Of a stretch of DNA of 64,000 bases, positions 10,463-21,003 are shown piece after piece. The position numbers and the translations under genes were made by a program. Each line of letters starts with the position of its first letter. The first letter of the stretch is position 1. Origin of the DNA: Candidatus Saganbacteria bacterium (GTDB taxonomy: Bacteria; Margulisbacteria; WOR-1; O2-12-FULL-45-9); NCBI GenBank assembly GCA_013204645.1, contig JABMSE010000112.1, forward strand, positions 4 through 64,003, read 5' to 3'. The notes under the pieces are model-generated. The model made no database searches, was not told the DNA's origin, and worked only from the letters and a program-made list of their open reading frames with translations.

Positions 10463-11595
10463 GGTTGGTTTTGCCCTACCCCGTCTGCTTTGGACCAGAG
10501 ATTCTGATATTCTAAAACCAGGTTTTTTATGGAACGATTTTTAACAAAAGAATAAGCTGTTTCTATCATCTTATCCGCACTTGGATGGGTTAGATGGAAA
10601 TTAACTTTTTCGGCCAAAGAGCTGGAATTTCCAGCTATTTCAAGCATCTCTTGAGAATGGGGGATTAATTCTAAGTAATCCTTCTTCATAGCATTATCAT
10701 AGATTGCAAAAACTAGACTCTTCTGCGCCATGGCTTCTAATATACCTAAATAACCGGTTACAAAGGCATACTTAAATTGCCTAGCGATTAAAAAGGGATC
10801 CTTTACAAACCCTTTAAACTCAACTTCTAAACCAGTCTCCTCTACCCGCTTTTTAATCTGAGGCATTAAGGGACCGTCCGCACAAATGATTAAGGGAAGC
10901 CGCTTTCCAAATTCATCTCTTAAAATAACCAGCGCTTCAATTATTTCTTTAATACCGGTGTCAAAATTCAGTCTACCAATAAATACGGCGCCCTCTTTTT
11001 TGGGAGCGGATTCTTGTCGGAATAAAATTGATTCGTCAATTCCCCCATAAGTTACTATGTTTGCCCGGGTCCCATACCATTTAACAATAAATTCACCCGC
11101 GCAAATATTACCTCGGGTTAAATATTGGCACAGCTTCCTAATTAAGATTATTTTTTTGCGTGGAGGACACTGACCTTCCCAACCATGAAATGTCATGTAG
11201 TACTCTTTCCAGAAAAGAATAAACCTAAATGGTAGGTACCAGTAATAAAGTGACCCAAAATCATGAAAGTGAATTATATCTGCTGCAAGCAGCAATTTAA
11301 AATGCGTCGCAAAAAACCAATATTTATCCATTATATTAGGATACCTTTTACTCGAGCGTTTCATGCGAAGGATAGTAAAACCGTCTACTTTTTCTTTTTC
11401 AGAAAGTGAGTTCTCTTCATTGTTTTCCGTTACGATAATAAGCTCATTGGTTTTGGCCAAGATTTTGGCAATTTCATGCACGTGCTTTTCCACCCCTCCC
11501 AGAAAGGGGTAAAATCTTGGGCAAATCATCAATATCTTTTTGCTTTTCATTTTGATTTTGCCCCGGACAAAATATCCCGCATTTTCTTTCGCCAA
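10459..11595 (-). CDS. Glycosyltransferase family 4
   Basis: Glyco_trans_4-like N-terminus (KILMICPRFYPFLGGVEKHVHEIAKIL) and a GT4 C-terminal domain. The start is probably the internal Met (MKSKK), given the 49-nt overlap with the upstream gene. Confidence 0.65.
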   Translation of the reverse strand: MAKENAGYFVRGKIKMKSKKILMICPRFYPFLGGVEKHVHEIAKILAKTNELIIVTENNEENSLSEKEKVDGFTILRMKRSSKRYPNIMDKYWFFATHFKLLLAADIIHFHDFGSLYYWYLPFRFILFWKEYYMTFHGWEGQCPPRKKIILIRKLCQYLTRGNICAGEFIVKWYGTRANIVTYGGIDESILFRQESAPKKEGAVFIGRLNFDTGIKEIIEALVILRDEFGKRLPLIICADGPLMPQIKKRVEETGLEVEFKGFVKDPFLIARQFKYAFVTGYLGILEAMAQKSLVFAIYDNAMKKDYLELIPHSQEMLEIAGNSSSLAEKVNFHLTHPSADKMIETAYSFVKNRSIKNLVLEYQNLWSKADGVGQNQP

Positions 11596-12401
11596 CCCAG
11601 ATAGCAGGCCTCTTGTTTGCTTAACTTGGCTTTAGTGTAAATAAAGAAATTACGGTTGAACCAATTGCGAAAGTTTGCCAACTTTATATATTTATCAATT
11701 GTTTTATAATGTTCTAGGTGAATGACCGGCAAGAAATTTAGAGAATTCTGAGTAGCATGGAGGCGATACTTTATTAGGTTCTTATTGATGAGGCCAATTT
11801 TGCTTTTTTCTGCAATCCTAAGCCACATGTCTAAATCAAAGGTGAATTTATACCCCCGATAATCAAACCCGCCGACTGAATCAATTATGTCTTTTCTAAA
11901 CATGGCCGTTGGACACACAAAGAAGCAGGCATGCTTCATCATAAGATTTAAGGTGGTGTTAAAATCGTAAATATTGATTTCGTCAAAAATATCTGGCAGC
12001 TTTGGATCGTCATAGTGACGCCCCGACTGATTGAGGTATTCAACAAAGGCAAAAACCACCCCGACTTCGTGATGTTTATCCATTAGCTTAACTTCTTCTT
12101 CCAAAATTGTTGGGGAATAAATATCATCGGCATGATAGAGTGCTATATATTCACTTGTAGCCAATTCAAGGCATCGGTTCCAGTTTTGCGGACTTCCAAT
12201 GTTTTTATCATTCCTATATAGCTTGATCCTTGGATCTTTTATGGATTCAAGGATTTCAAAAGTCGCATCGGTTGAGCAATTGTCTACAATAACAAACTCA
12301 AAATCCTTATAGCTTTGGTTTAGGATCGAATTAACTGATTCCCCTATATATTTTTCGGTATTGTACACTGGTATACAAACAGAAACCTTAGGCTTTGACA
12401 T
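11547..12401 (-). CDS. Glycosyltransferase family 2
   Basis: [42 protein letters not shown] is a canonical GT2 N-terminal motif, with a DxD present. Confidence 0.7.
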   Translation of the reverse strand: MSKPKVSVCIPVYNTEKYIGESVNSILNQSYKDFEFVIVDNCSTDATFEILESIKDPRIKLYRNDKNIGSPQNWNRCLELATSEYIALYHADDIYSPTILEEEVKLMDKHHEVGVVFAFVEYLNQSGRHYDDPKLPDIFDEINIYDFNTTLNLMMKHACFFVCPTAMFRKDIIDSVGGFDYRGYKFTFDLDMWLRIAEKSKIGLINKNLIKYRLHATQNSLNFLPVIHLEHYKTIDKYIKLANFRNWFNRNFFIYTKAKLSKQEACYLGWRKKMRDILSGAKSK

Positions 12402-13752
12402 TCCCTACAAACTCCTTGATTTTCTCCGTCATATATTTGACTTTATCATCCGTCATCCCAGGATAAACTCCAATCCAAAAAGTATTATTCATAATTAAAT
12501 CCGTGTTAGTAAGCTCCCCAGAAATCCGGTACCCTTTTTTTGCCTTTCGCATTCCATCAAAGGCCGGATGCCGCAGCATATTCCCGGCAAAAAGCATCCG
12601 AGTTTGAATTTTATGTCCTTCTAAAAAATTTACGATTTCCTCGCGACTGAATCCGGCATCTGGTTTTACGGTTAAGAGAAAGCCAAACCAGCTTGGATCC
12701 GAACCGGGAGTTGCGTCACAGAAAATAAACTTATCTGAATACTTATCTAATGCTTTCCTTATAGTTTTGTAGTTCTTCTTTCTGGCAGAAATAAAGCCAG
12801 GTAGCTTATCAAGCTGCGCGCAGCCAATTGCTGCTTGCATGTCCGTAACCTTTAAGTTGAAGCCAAAGTGTGAATAAATGTACTTATGGTCATAGCCAAA
12901 GGGGAGCTCTCCCAGCTGCCATTTAAAGCGCTTTTTGCAGGTATCGTCTTTGCCGCTCGGACACCAGCAATCCCTACCCCAATCGCGGAAGGATTCAACA
13001 ATTCGCTTTAATTTGATATCATTAGTTAGAACCGCACCACCCTCTCCCATGGTCATATGGTGGGGAGGATAGAAGCTGCAAGTAGCCAAATGGCCAAAAG
13101 TACCCGTATATTTTCCCTGGTATTTTGAGCCCAAGGAGTCACAGTTATCTTCTATCAACCAAAGATTATGTTTTTTGCATATTTTTTTTACTTTATCAAT
13201 ATCAAAAGGGTTTCCCAGTGTGTGTGCTAAGATAACCGCTTTGGTTTTTTTGCTTACGGCTTTTTCCAGTTGTTTACAATCAACGTTATAGGAAGGTAGC
13301 GTAACGTCAACAAAAACGGGGATGCACCCATTTTGGATGATTGGTGCAATTGTTGTTGGGAAACCAGCTGCAACTGTTATTACCTCATCGCCTTTTTTTA
13401 GCCTTCTTTTACCCAGCTTAGGAGAGGTTAGCGCTGTGATTGCTAAAAGATTGGCTGACGAGCCTGAATTAGTAAGGCTGCAATATTTAACCCCAATAAA
13501 TTTAGCCAGTCTTTTCTCAAATTCTGCGGCAAACCTTCCAGTAGTTAGCCAAAAATCAAGCGCTGAATCAACCAGATTTATCAACTCTTTTTCATCATAT
13601 ACGCGGCCAGCATAGTTAACCTTGCTCTGTCCAGGAACAAACTTAGGTTCCTTTTTGAGCAGATGAAATCTTTTCACATCCTTTAATATTTTTTTTCTTA
13701 ATTCATCTCTTTGCATAAATCTCCTTTCGTTGGTAAAGTATGGGCATTCCAT
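12388..13752 (-). CDS. ddhC: CDP-6-deoxy-D-xylo-4-hexulose 3-dehydrase (E1; DdhC/RfbH/AscC family)
   Basis: DegT/AHBA-synthase fold. The PLP lysine is replaced by histidine ([13 protein letters not shown]). A [2Fe-2S] motif C-X57-C-X1-C-X7-C is present (NCDSL...[11 protein letters not shown]). The N-terminus resembles RfbH. Confidence 0.75.
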   Translation of the reverse strand: MECPYFTNERRFMQRDELRKKILKDVKRFHLLKKEPKFVPGQSKVNYAGRVYDEKELINLVDSALDFWLTTGRFAAEFEKRLAKFIGVKYCSLTNSGSSANLLAITALTSPKLGKRRLKKGDEVITVAAGFPTTIAPIIQNGCIPVFVDVTLPSYNVDCKQLEKAVSKKTKAVILAHTLGNPFDIDKVKKICKKHNLWLIEDNCDSLGSKYQGKYTGTFGHLATCSFYPPHHMTMGEGGAVLTNDIKLKRIVESFRDWGRDCWCPSGKDDTCKKRFKWQLGELPFGYDHKYIYSHFGFNLKVTDMQAAIGCAQLDKLPGFISARKKNYKTIRKALDKYSDKFIFCDATPGSDPSWFGFLLTVKPDAGFSREEIVNFLEGHKIQTRMLFAGNMLRHPAFDGMRKAKKGYRISGELTNTDLIMNNTFWIGVYPGMTDDKVKYMTEKIKEFVGNVKA

Positions 13753-14771
13753 AAAACAGTGCGGTAAATCGCGTCCTTTAAGCCAATGGTTTGTTTTAAA
13801 TTAAGTTCAGCTAAAACGCGCCCAACTGCGGGAACATACCGAGAAGGTGGTTGTTGGGAAAGGGGTTGCTTAGCAATTTTAATTTCCATTGGTTTTTTAA
13901 AAACCTTGGCTACAACTTTCGCTAAATCGGAAATAGTGATAGCATCGTCTGCGCCAACGTTATAGGCGCGACATGATTTTCCTTTTAAAAGGATCGTCCA
14001 TAACCAGATAGCCAAATCAGCCGCGTAAAGATAAGATCGATAAGGAGTTCCATCACCATTCACCTTAATAGGTCCGCCTTCCAATCCATCCCGGATAAAG
14101 TTTCCAATGGCATAATGAATATCTAAGGGTAGATAGGGACCAACAAAGACAAAACAGCGAGCAATCTTAGTCTTAAGACCATACTTGCTTGAATAATATG
14201 AACAGAGAAATTCTGCAGCTCGTTTGCTTTCTCCCCAAGCAGAGCCCGGATTAGTTGGGTCAGGTGCTCCGCAATAGTCTTCCAGGGTATGAGTCATATT
14301 AGCTGGCTGTTTACCGTAAACGGCCCCGGAACTGGTTAGAAGAAAGTTTTTCGCCCCGCACTTAACGGCAAAATCTAGGATATGCCGGGTTCCAGCAACC
14401 ACTGTATCAAATTTAGTCAAAGGATCTTCACTATTAAAGGTAGCTCTAGCTGAGGTAGCAGCAGCATGAATGATGTAGGAAAACTCTCCAGGGGGGAAAT
14501 CAAAATCCCTAATGTCTCCGACATGAAACTGGATGGCTGGATTAGATGCCAGGTGTGGCACCTTTTTTACGAATGCGTTAGGGTTTCTGGTTAGAACCAC
14601 GGCGGAGGCGTTAAGATTTAAATTTTTATTTGCCCAGGCAAAACTTTCCAGGAGCCAACAGCCAAAAAAACCAGTTCCACCAGTAATAAACAAGCGCTTT
14701 CCCCGCAGATCTTCCCAAAGGCCCTGGGTGTGTTTTATTATATGGTTCAAGTCATCAGTAAGTGGATTCAT
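13698..14771 (-). CDS. NAD(P)-dependent epimerase/dehydratase (SDR) family, NDP-sugar reductase/epimerase
   Basis: Rossmann motif [16 protein letters not shown] and a YxxxK catalytic region. Its position next to ddhC suggests a CDP-sugar 4-reductase (paratose-synthase/YerF-like). The start is probably an internal Met. Confidence 0.55.
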   Translation of the reverse strand: MNPLTDDLNHIIKHTQGLWEDLRGKRLFITGGTGFFGCWLLESFAWANKNLNLNASAVVLTRNPNAFVKKVPHLASNPAIQFHVGDIRDFDFPPGEFSYIIHAAATSARATFNSEDPLTKFDTVVAGTRHILDFAVKCGAKNFLLTSSGAVYGKQPANMTHTLEDYCGAPDPTNPGSAWGESKRAAEFLCSYYSSKYGLKTKIARCFVFVGPYLPLDIHYAIGNFIRDGLEGGPIKVNGDGTPYRSYLYAADLAIWLWTILLKGKSCRAYNVGADDAITISDLAKVVAKVFKKPMEIKIAKQPLSQQPPSRYVPAVGRVLAELNLKQTIGLKDAIYRTVLWNAHTLPTKGDLCKEMN

Positions 14772-15865
14772 GGTCGATAAAGTTGTCTTTCCTCCCGTTT
14801 GATAAAATCTTCCTTGGTAAATACTTCGTTATAGGGCACTGGCAAAGGCTTTCCATATACTTTTTTGGCCTCATATTCTTCGATAAATTCTCTATCTTCA
14901 GCAATAAAACAGGTGTCACAATATTTGCCAAAAAACTTGATATTTAAGCCCCTGTCAATGATATCTTTCAGGGGTTCTTCAAAAAAGTTCCCTAAAGAAA
15001 CATGGATATAAGGGCACGGCAATACGTCACCATATTTAGTGATCGAAACCATCCTTTTGACCGCTATACACCCCAGGTCAAGGCCATAAGACGGGGTCAA
15101 ATGGGTAAACACATTATATTTGCTCTCCAGCCCCCTTAAATAATCCATGTCATCTTTGTTAATAAGTACATCATAATTACCTTCCCATTCTCCTACAGGT
15201 TTGGCATAGGTAACAAATACCCCTACTCCTTTGCCATTAAGAAACGTCAGAAAATCAACAAATTCCTGTGATCTGATCCTTTGTTTTGTCACGACGGTCT
15301 GAATAATAATGTTCAGACCTGCTTTCTGTGCCGCATCAATAGCTCTTAAGCACCTTTCATGTGATCCTGGTTTGCGCCTGAACGCGTCATGATCTTCCAC
15401 GGAAAGACTGTCAAAACTCAGCTGGACCTTATCTACCCCTATTTCTTTGAGGTGTTTTGCCCTTTTTTCATCTAAATTCCATCCATTGGTATCAGAAGTT
15501 ATGTAAAATTTGGCAGGATCTATGGCTGCGACAATATCATCAAAATCCGGAAATACCAATGGTTCACCGCCAGTGATCACTATATGTGCAAGACCCATTT
15601 CGTCTGCTTGCCGTGCAAGCTCTTTCACGCTTTCAGGGGTAAAAAATCTGTTCGGATCCTTTCCTCTTAATCTGGTTATATCACAATGCTGGCAGGCAAA
15701 ATTGCATTTATAATCATATTGAAATTGAAGAATAGCTATACTTTCTCCATTTTTAATCTTTTCTTCAAATTTCATGATCTTCTGGTAAACATGCGGCTTT
15801 TCATTTTTAAGCAGGTTTCTCTTCTCTTTTTCGCTTGATCTCACCTTTTCTTGCAGACTTGACAT
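14768..15865 (-). CDS. Radical SAM protein with C-terminal auxiliary Cys cluster
   Basis: CNFACQHC (CX3CX2C) radical-SAM motif and the GGEPL SAM-binding motif. Extra cysteines near the C-terminus (CPYIHV..., CDTC) are suggestive of a SPASM/twitch-like domain. Confidence 0.6.
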   Translation of the reverse strand: MSSLQEKVRSSEKEKRNLLKNEKPHVYQKIMKFEEKIKNGESIAILQFQYDYKCNFACQHCDITRLRGKDPNRFFTPESVKELARQADEMGLAHIVITGGEPLVFPDFDDIVAAIDPAKFYITSDTNGWNLDEKRAKHLKEIGVDKVQLSFDSLSVEDHDAFRRKPGSHERCLRAIDAAQKAGLNIIIQTVVTKQRIRSQEFVDFLTFLNGKGVGVFVTYAKPVGEWEGNYDVLINKDDMDYLRGLESKYNVFTHLTPSYGLDLGCIAVKRMVSITKYGDVLPCPYIHVSLGNFFEEPLKDIIDRGLNIKFFGKYCDTCFIAEDREFIEEYEAKKVYGKPLPVPYNEVFTKEDFIKREERQLYRP

Positions 15866-15897
15866 AATAATTGCCTCCTTATCAGTAGATCAGTAGT

Positions 15898-17082
15898 TTA
15901 TTCCCTTATTTCCAGCCCAAAATCTCTCAATATAGCAATCTTAATATTTGGATCATAATTTTGCCGTATGATCTTCGTCACTTCATCAGAGTAACTGGCT
16001 GCCATAACAATGACGGCATCAACCGGTTCTTTTTTTAGTGTTTCGGGAGAAACTATAGGGATATGTGTGGCTGGCGTGTATTTTCCCTGCTTAAATGTTG
16101 CCGAATCAACCACATATTTGATCTTACCCGCTAGATTGGCCAAAGCAATAATTGCTAGCGCTTGATGCCCTGCACCCCAGATAGCGACATTTTTATTGCT
16201 AAAACGGCAAAGATATTCTTGGATTTCATTCGTAATCTTAATCTGGTAATCATGAAAATGTGAGAGGTCCAATTTTTTAGTTGCTTTGAGCGAGTCCACC
16301 ACCGAGGAATGAGCAAAAGGTCCTTTCCTAACAACGAAAGAAAGAATGTAGTCATGCCATACCGCATTGCATTCAATAATCTCAAAACCATTAAGTTTTA
16401 AGGCCGTAGTCAATGTATCTTTAGTAAAATAAAATAGATGATCAGAAATAAATTCGGAAAAAAGTTTTTTTTCAACGATCATATCAAAATTAGGTACCTC
16501 AACTAACCCTACCGCTTCATCGGCTAAATTATCGCGGATTCCTCTAAGCGCTGAATTTGGATCAGGTAAATGTTCAAAATAATTCATAATGAAAAAAGCA
16601 GCAAATGGTGCCCTTTTTAGCTGGTAAGTACCACTATCAATAAACCCTTTTGAGACATTTAACCCCTCCTTTTTGCAGAGTTCCACGGATTCTTCTAAAT
16701 GTTCCAGGCCGTAGGCATCGGCACCTGCTTGCTGCATAATAGAAAGATATTCTCCGCGACCACAGCCTATTTCCAGAACCTTTTTGCCTTTGAGTGAATA
16801 TTTATCCACAAATTCTCTAAATTGCCCAACGCGAAAGCTTTTCATTTCATCGGAAAAAGCTGCTGCGCGTATAACGTCTTTATAATAAGGAACTGGAGGA
16901 CTGCTTAATTGTACTAGCCCACAACCAGAGCATTGGTAGATAGTGAGACTTTCTCCGTGCTCGTTTTTGAGATTGCCTTTCTCTGGTAGAAACTGGGCGG
17001 CTTTGGGCATATTGTCAAATTGCAGCAAAGGCCCTTTAAAAAAAACATTGCCGCAAACTCTGCATTTTTCTTGTTTTTTCAT
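15898..17082 (-). CDS. Second zinc-ribbon SAM-dependent methyltransferase (sugar C-methyltransferase family paralog)
   Basis: CRVCGN...CSGCG zinc ribbon, with an EIGCGRGEYL SAM motif. The architecture matches the 8029..9282 gene. Confidence 0.55.
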   Translation of the reverse strand: MKKQEKCRVCGNVFFKGPLLQFDNMPKAAQFLPEKGNLKNEHGESLTIYQCSGCGLVQLSSPPVPYYKDVIRAAAFSDEMKSFRVGQFREFVDKYSLKGKKVLEIGCGRGEYLSIMQQAGADAYGLEHLEESVELCKKEGLNVSKGFIDSGTYQLKRAPFAAFFIMNYFEHLPDPNSALRGIRDNLADEAVGLVEVPNFDMIVEKKLFSEFISDHLFYFTKDTLTTALKLNGFEIIECNAVWHDYILSFVVRKGPFAHSSVVDSLKATKKLDLSHFHDYQIKITNEIQEYLCRFSNKNVAIWGAGHQALAIIALANLAGKIKYVVDSATFKQGKYTPATHIPIVSPETLKKEPVDAVIVMAASYSDEVTKIIRQNYDPNIKIAILRDFGLEIRE

Positions 17083-17105
17083 GCGATTCTAATTAACCTC
17101 ACAGA

Positions 17106-18908
17106 TTAATCTATATTTTCTTTGGAGATTGCCATATTATTCTTCAGTTCTTGCTCATCTAAGAAAGGCCACAGGTCTTCCAGAGGTTTTGATACCATTG
17201 AACCATCAGAAAGTTTCATTGATGACAGCCTTGGGGCCATTTGCAGGTCAGGATCGATCATTACTTCACAAACAACCGGGCCTTCCATCTTAAGAACATT
17301 AAGAACATCTTCTCGTAAATTATTCTGGTGCGAGATCTTTGCTGTTTTAATCCTATAGGCAGAGGCGATCTTTATGGTGTCTGGCAGAGTTAATCCGCTT
17401 GAAGGGTCACAACAGACCAGGCGTCCATCAAAAAATCGCTTATGCGTATTCCTGATGGCTGCGTAGCCGTAATTATTAAGAACAAAAAGTTTTATCGGGA
17501 TATTCAGCCTCTTTAACGTTTCCAGCTCCTGAATGTTGTGCTGGAGGCCTCCATCGCCAATAAGACAAACTGTTCTTTTTTTACCGCTGGCAAGACAAGC
17601 ACCTATACTTTGCGGAAGGCCAAAGCCCATTGAGCCCAAACCGGGCGAATTAAGGACCCGTTGCCCTTTTTTAACCTTAAAGGCCTGTGGAGTTATTTCA
17701 GCAGCGCTTCCCGAGCTTTCCGGCACAAGCACATCATCTGCGGTGAGCAACTCTGAAAGCGTTTCGACCAGGGCATATGTGTTCACGTATTTCGCCGGCT
17801 TTAAATATTCCTTGAGTATCACGGGATATTTTGTTTTCCATTCCCTGCATTTTGCTATCCAGGCTGACCTGTCTTTTGGTTTTACAAGGGCCAATTTACT
17901 GATGAATTCCTCTAAAAATGCTTTAGCGTCACATATCAATGGGATATCAATTTTCGTTTTAATTTTTCTGATCTCATTTTCATCAATATCTACAATAACT
18001 TTCCTGGCACCGCGCGCAAAGTTTTCATAACTATGCCCTACCTGGGGACGGTCCAGACGAGCACCAATAACTAATATAAGATCAGCATTTTGTTGGACGA
18101 AATTAGCAGCCCTTGAAGCAATAGATCCTGGCCTGCCAAAATAGAGATCGCTGTCTTCAGGTAAAATATCCATAAATCTCCAGGTCGACAACACGGGTAT
18201 TTTTAATGTTTCAATAACTTTTAAAAATGCATCATTTGCTCCGGCCAGACGTATGCCCCTACCCGCCAGGATCACAGGACGCTGGGCATTGTTAAAAAGA
18301 GATATGATATCTTCTGTCAAAGAATGAAAATTGTTGTTTTTTCGCTTTTCTTTTGAAGGAGTAAATCCTTTTAATTTATTCTTATCAATTATTGCTGCCT
18401 GCACATCTAACGGAATGTCTATCCATACAGGTCCGGGACGTCCGCTATTAGCAAGATAAACAGCTTTTTCCAGATGGTAGCGGATATTTTCAGGTTCAAG
18501 CACTGTAACAGCGTATTTAGTGATCGGCTTGACCAGTGAAACGATATCCACTTCCTGGATGCCTATCTGGCGAACGCCTGTCCCGGAAAGCAGGTCTTTT
18601 CGTTTGGTCTGGCCGGATAAGAGCAACAATGGCGTGGAATCGATCCAAGCGGCAGCTACTCCTGTTATTGTATTGGTAGCGCCAGGACCGGTGGTAACAA
18701 GCGCCGCTGCAATATTGCCATTGTATTGGGCATAACCGTCCGCAGCGATCACTGCTGCCTGTTCATGAAGGCACCCAATAAACTCTATCTTCTTGTTGGT
18801 GCCTATGGAATCGACCAGGTGCATACAGCCTCCGCCAGGCAGCATAAAAACGTGCTTTACTTTAAGTTCAGTAATAAAGTTAATAACATAATCTGATAAT
18901 TTCATCAT
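17106..18908 (-). CDS. Thiamine-pyrophosphate-dependent enzyme (acetolactate-synthase-like; YerE-like candidate sugar C-branching enzyme)
   Basis: N-terminal TPP_enzyme_N region (HVFMLPGGGCMHLVDSIG) and a C-terminal TPP-binding GDG...N motif (IGDGGLQHNIQELETL). 600 aa. Lies in a CDP-dideoxyhexose context. Confidence 0.65.
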   Translation of the reverse strand: MMKLSDYVINFITELKVKHVFMLPGGGCMHLVDSIGTNKKIEFIGCLHEQAAVIAADGYAQYNGNIAAALVTTGPGATNTITGVAAAWIDSTPLLLLSGQTKRKDLLSGTGVRQIGIQEVDIVSLVKPITKYAVTVLEPENIRYHLEKAVYLANSGRPGPVWIDIPLDVQAAIIDKNKLKGFTPSKEKRKNNNFHSLTEDIISLFNNAQRPVILAGRGIRLAGANDAFLKVIETLKIPVLSTWRFMDILPEDSDLYFGRPGSIASRAANFVQQNADLILVIGARLDRPQVGHSYENFARGARKVIVDIDENEIRKIKTKIDIPLICDAKAFLEEFISKLALVKPKDRSAWIAKCREWKTKYPVILKEYLKPAKYVNTYALVETLSELLTADDVLVPESSGSAAEITPQAFKVKKGQRVLNSPGLGSMGFGLPQSIGACLASGKKRTVCLIGDGGLQHNIQELETLKRLNIPIKLFVLNNYGYAAIRNTHKRFFDGRLVCCDPSSGLTLPDTIKIASAYRIKTAKISHQNNLREDVLNVLKMEGPVVCEVMIDPDLQMAPRLSSMKLSDGSMVSKPLEDLWPFLDEQELKNNMAISKENID

Positions 18909-19480
18909 TAAGAAATCCCTGCTAAGGCCTCTTTGAGCGTCATTTTATTTTTATTCCATGGCCTTGGTATTACAATGCCTTTTACCCCTGCATTTTTAGC
19001 CAATGATACATTATCCGAATTGTCTTCTACCAACAGATCAACTTTTTGTATCCATTTCAAGTAATCACCCTTATCATTATCATATTGCGGTATTTGCTCT
19101 CCGGCTCTCTTTGAAGGAACAAAGTGGAATGTCCTGATCCAAGGGCCAAAATTCCTTATCACCCACTGGGCTGAAAGATGAGCCGCGCTAAGCGGAACCG
19201 CTGTCAGGGCAATATGGCGGAAATTATTCCCATTTTCTCTGAACCATCCCAATACTTCTTTTATAGGAGCCATCTGCTCATACTTTCCCGATAATCGGAA
19301 CTCATCCAAAGATCGCGAATATTCTTCTATATCAGTATTTAACAGCCTGTTTGGAGGATTTTCACTGATATTCTCATAGTTTATTTTACAGGCCGGATGG
19401 TCCGGTTGCCATTTCTCTTTAAACCAGGTCAGCATTAAATCATTTAGGACGTCGTCTACGTCCCAAGCAATGGTTTTCAC
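18908..19480 (-). CDS. HAD-superfamily hydrolase/phosphatase
   Basis: N-terminal motif I, WDVDDVL (DxDxV). ~190 aa, nucleotidase-like HAD fold. Confidence 0.45.
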   Translation of the reverse strand: MKTIAWDVDDVLNDLMLTWFKEKWQPDHPACKINYENISENPPNRLLNTDIEEYSRSLDEFRLSGKYEQMAPIKEVLGWFRENGNNFRHIALTAVPLSAAHLSAQWVIRNFGPWIRTFHFVPSKRAGEQIPQYDNDKGDYLKWIQKVDLLVEDNSDNVSLAKNAGVKGIVIPRPWNKNKMTLKEALAGIS

Positions 19481-19491
19481 CTAGTCCCTCC

Positions 19492-21003
19492 TTAAGCATC
19501 CAGCCAATAAGATATGGCTGTTTTACGCTGCTTATTTTTTGCAATTTCGGGATCGGTGTAGAATGAATCATCCCTATGATGGGTGGATGAAATTTCCTCA
19601 ATTATCGCCCCGGTTTTACTGCTAAAAATGTGTTTGGTGCCCCTTTCTACAACCACAATATCCCCAGGGTTACCTCTGCTCTTCTTTCCATCCATCACAA
19701 ACTCAACATCGCCATGTAAGACATGGAAGGTTTCCTCTTTTTTATGGTGATATTGTTCTGGATGGCTTTGTCCTGGTACCAAGACAATCAACTTTTTGCA
19801 GTATTCCCGATTAATAAAATTAATTAAAGTACAACCTACTTCGCTGAAACGATCAACCCCATAATGGTGAGATATTTCAAGATCAAGCATCCCTGGAACA
19901 TTTACCTGACCATCCTGCAGAACTTTCTTGACCTGCTTAACAATGCTATAGATCTTTTCGCGATTATCGGTTCGACTAACCGAACAAAAGAGTACTGGTT
20001 TATTAGCTGCGATGTCCTCCTTGGCCGTGAACTCAATATATTTTGAAAAATCATTAGCTGTAATCTGATTGTCAATGGTTGGAATAGCCAGAAAGGTATC
20101 AGCTAAAGTAATGTGTTCACCTTTTTTTAGGGCTCTCTTTGCAAAAATCCCTCGCCTTAGTGCTTTTAAACTAGCAGTTTCGGCAGCGGGGAATTCTAAT
20201 CTCTTGTTCTCTACTCCACACATTTCGTAGGCTTGCTTGGCGCTCTTTAACCATTCCTTTACTTGAGCTGGGGTACTGGAATAGGCGTTGATTTTATATT
20301 TATCAGTTGGGACAGCAACATGTCTTTCAAGAATGCTGGCCCCTTTAGCAATTGCCATTTTAGCCGCAGCAAAATTATCAGGATTCTCGTGGGTTGAATA
20401 GCCAATAGCAACATCGGGATAGCGTTCTTTAAATAAGCTAATCTGATTAAGTTCAAGGCTTTCATTAGGCGTTGGGTAAGCGGCTACACAATGCATCAGT
20501 GCAAACATTTTGTCTCGATGCTTAAAAAATGACACTACCTTGTCAATATCTTCCAAGGAGGCCCCTGCAGTTGAAGCAATGATTGGCTTATTGGTTTTGG
20601 CAATCCGTTCTAAAAGTGGCCAATCGGAAAAAGAACAACTAGCGATTTTAATAATATCAAAATTATGCTTTTCAATCAGATCAACCGAGGCCTCATCAAA
20701 TGGAGTACAAACAGCAACAAATCCGGCCTTAATAACCTCCTCTTTTAAGCGTAAAAAATCAGCTCGAGAAAGCTTGGTCTCGCTGAAACGTTTAACATAT
20801 TTAATGTCCTTTCGATCTTTAAACTCCGGGTGGATGAATGTATCAAGTTGACGATATTGGAACTTAAAAGCGAATTTAAAATCGAATCCAGCACAGACAT
20901 CTTTTATCTCATTGATTACTTTTAATCCGTGTTCAACATCTCCCATGTGGTTGTTAGCCATCTCAAAAATGAACAATTTATTGAAGCGATTCCTTTTCAT
21001 CAT
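19492..21003 (-). CDS. NeuB-family (sialic/nonulosonic acid synthase-like) PEP-condensing enzyme fused to a C-terminal cupin domain
   Basis: N-terminal FIFEMANNHMGDVEHGLKVINE resembles NeuB/PseI. The TIM-barrel and SAF regions are present. The C-terminal ~110 aa show a cupin pattern (QSHPEQYHHKKEETFHVLHGDVEFVMDG). Confidence 0.6.
   Translation of the reverse strand: MMKRNRFNKLFIFEMANNHMGDVEHGLKVINEIKDVCAGFDFKFAFKFQYRQLDTFIHPEFKDRKDIKYVKRFSETKLSRADFLRLKEEVIKAGFVAVCTPFDEASVDLIEKHNFDIIKIASCSFSDWPLLERIAKTNKPIIASTAGASLEDIDKVVSFFKHRDKMFALMHCVAAYPTPNESLELNQISLFKERYPDVAIGYSTHENPDNFAAAKMAIAKGASILERHVAVPTDKYKINAYSSTPAQVKEWLKSAKQAYEMCGVENKRLEFPAAETASLKALRRGIFAKRALKKGEHITLADTFLAIPTIDNQITANDFSKYIEFTAKEDIAANKPVLFCSVSRTDNREKIYSIVKQVKKVLQDGQVNVPGMLDLEISHHYGVDRFSEVGCTLINFINREYCKKLIVLVPGQSHPEQYHHKKEETFHVLHGDVEFVMDGKKSRGNPGDIVVVERGTKHIFSSKTGAIIEEISSTHHRDDSFYTDPEIAKNKQRKTAISYWLDA

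Noticed and set aside
12388-13752. Alternative assignment of the RfbH-like enzyme as ColD (GDP-4-keto-6-deoxymannose 3-dehydratase), given the gmd genes in the locus.
   Set aside because: The protein carries the full E1-type [2Fe-2S] cysteine motif (C-X57-C-X-C-X7-C), which ColD lacks, and ddhA/ddhB are present. The CDP-sugar E1 role is therefore favoured.
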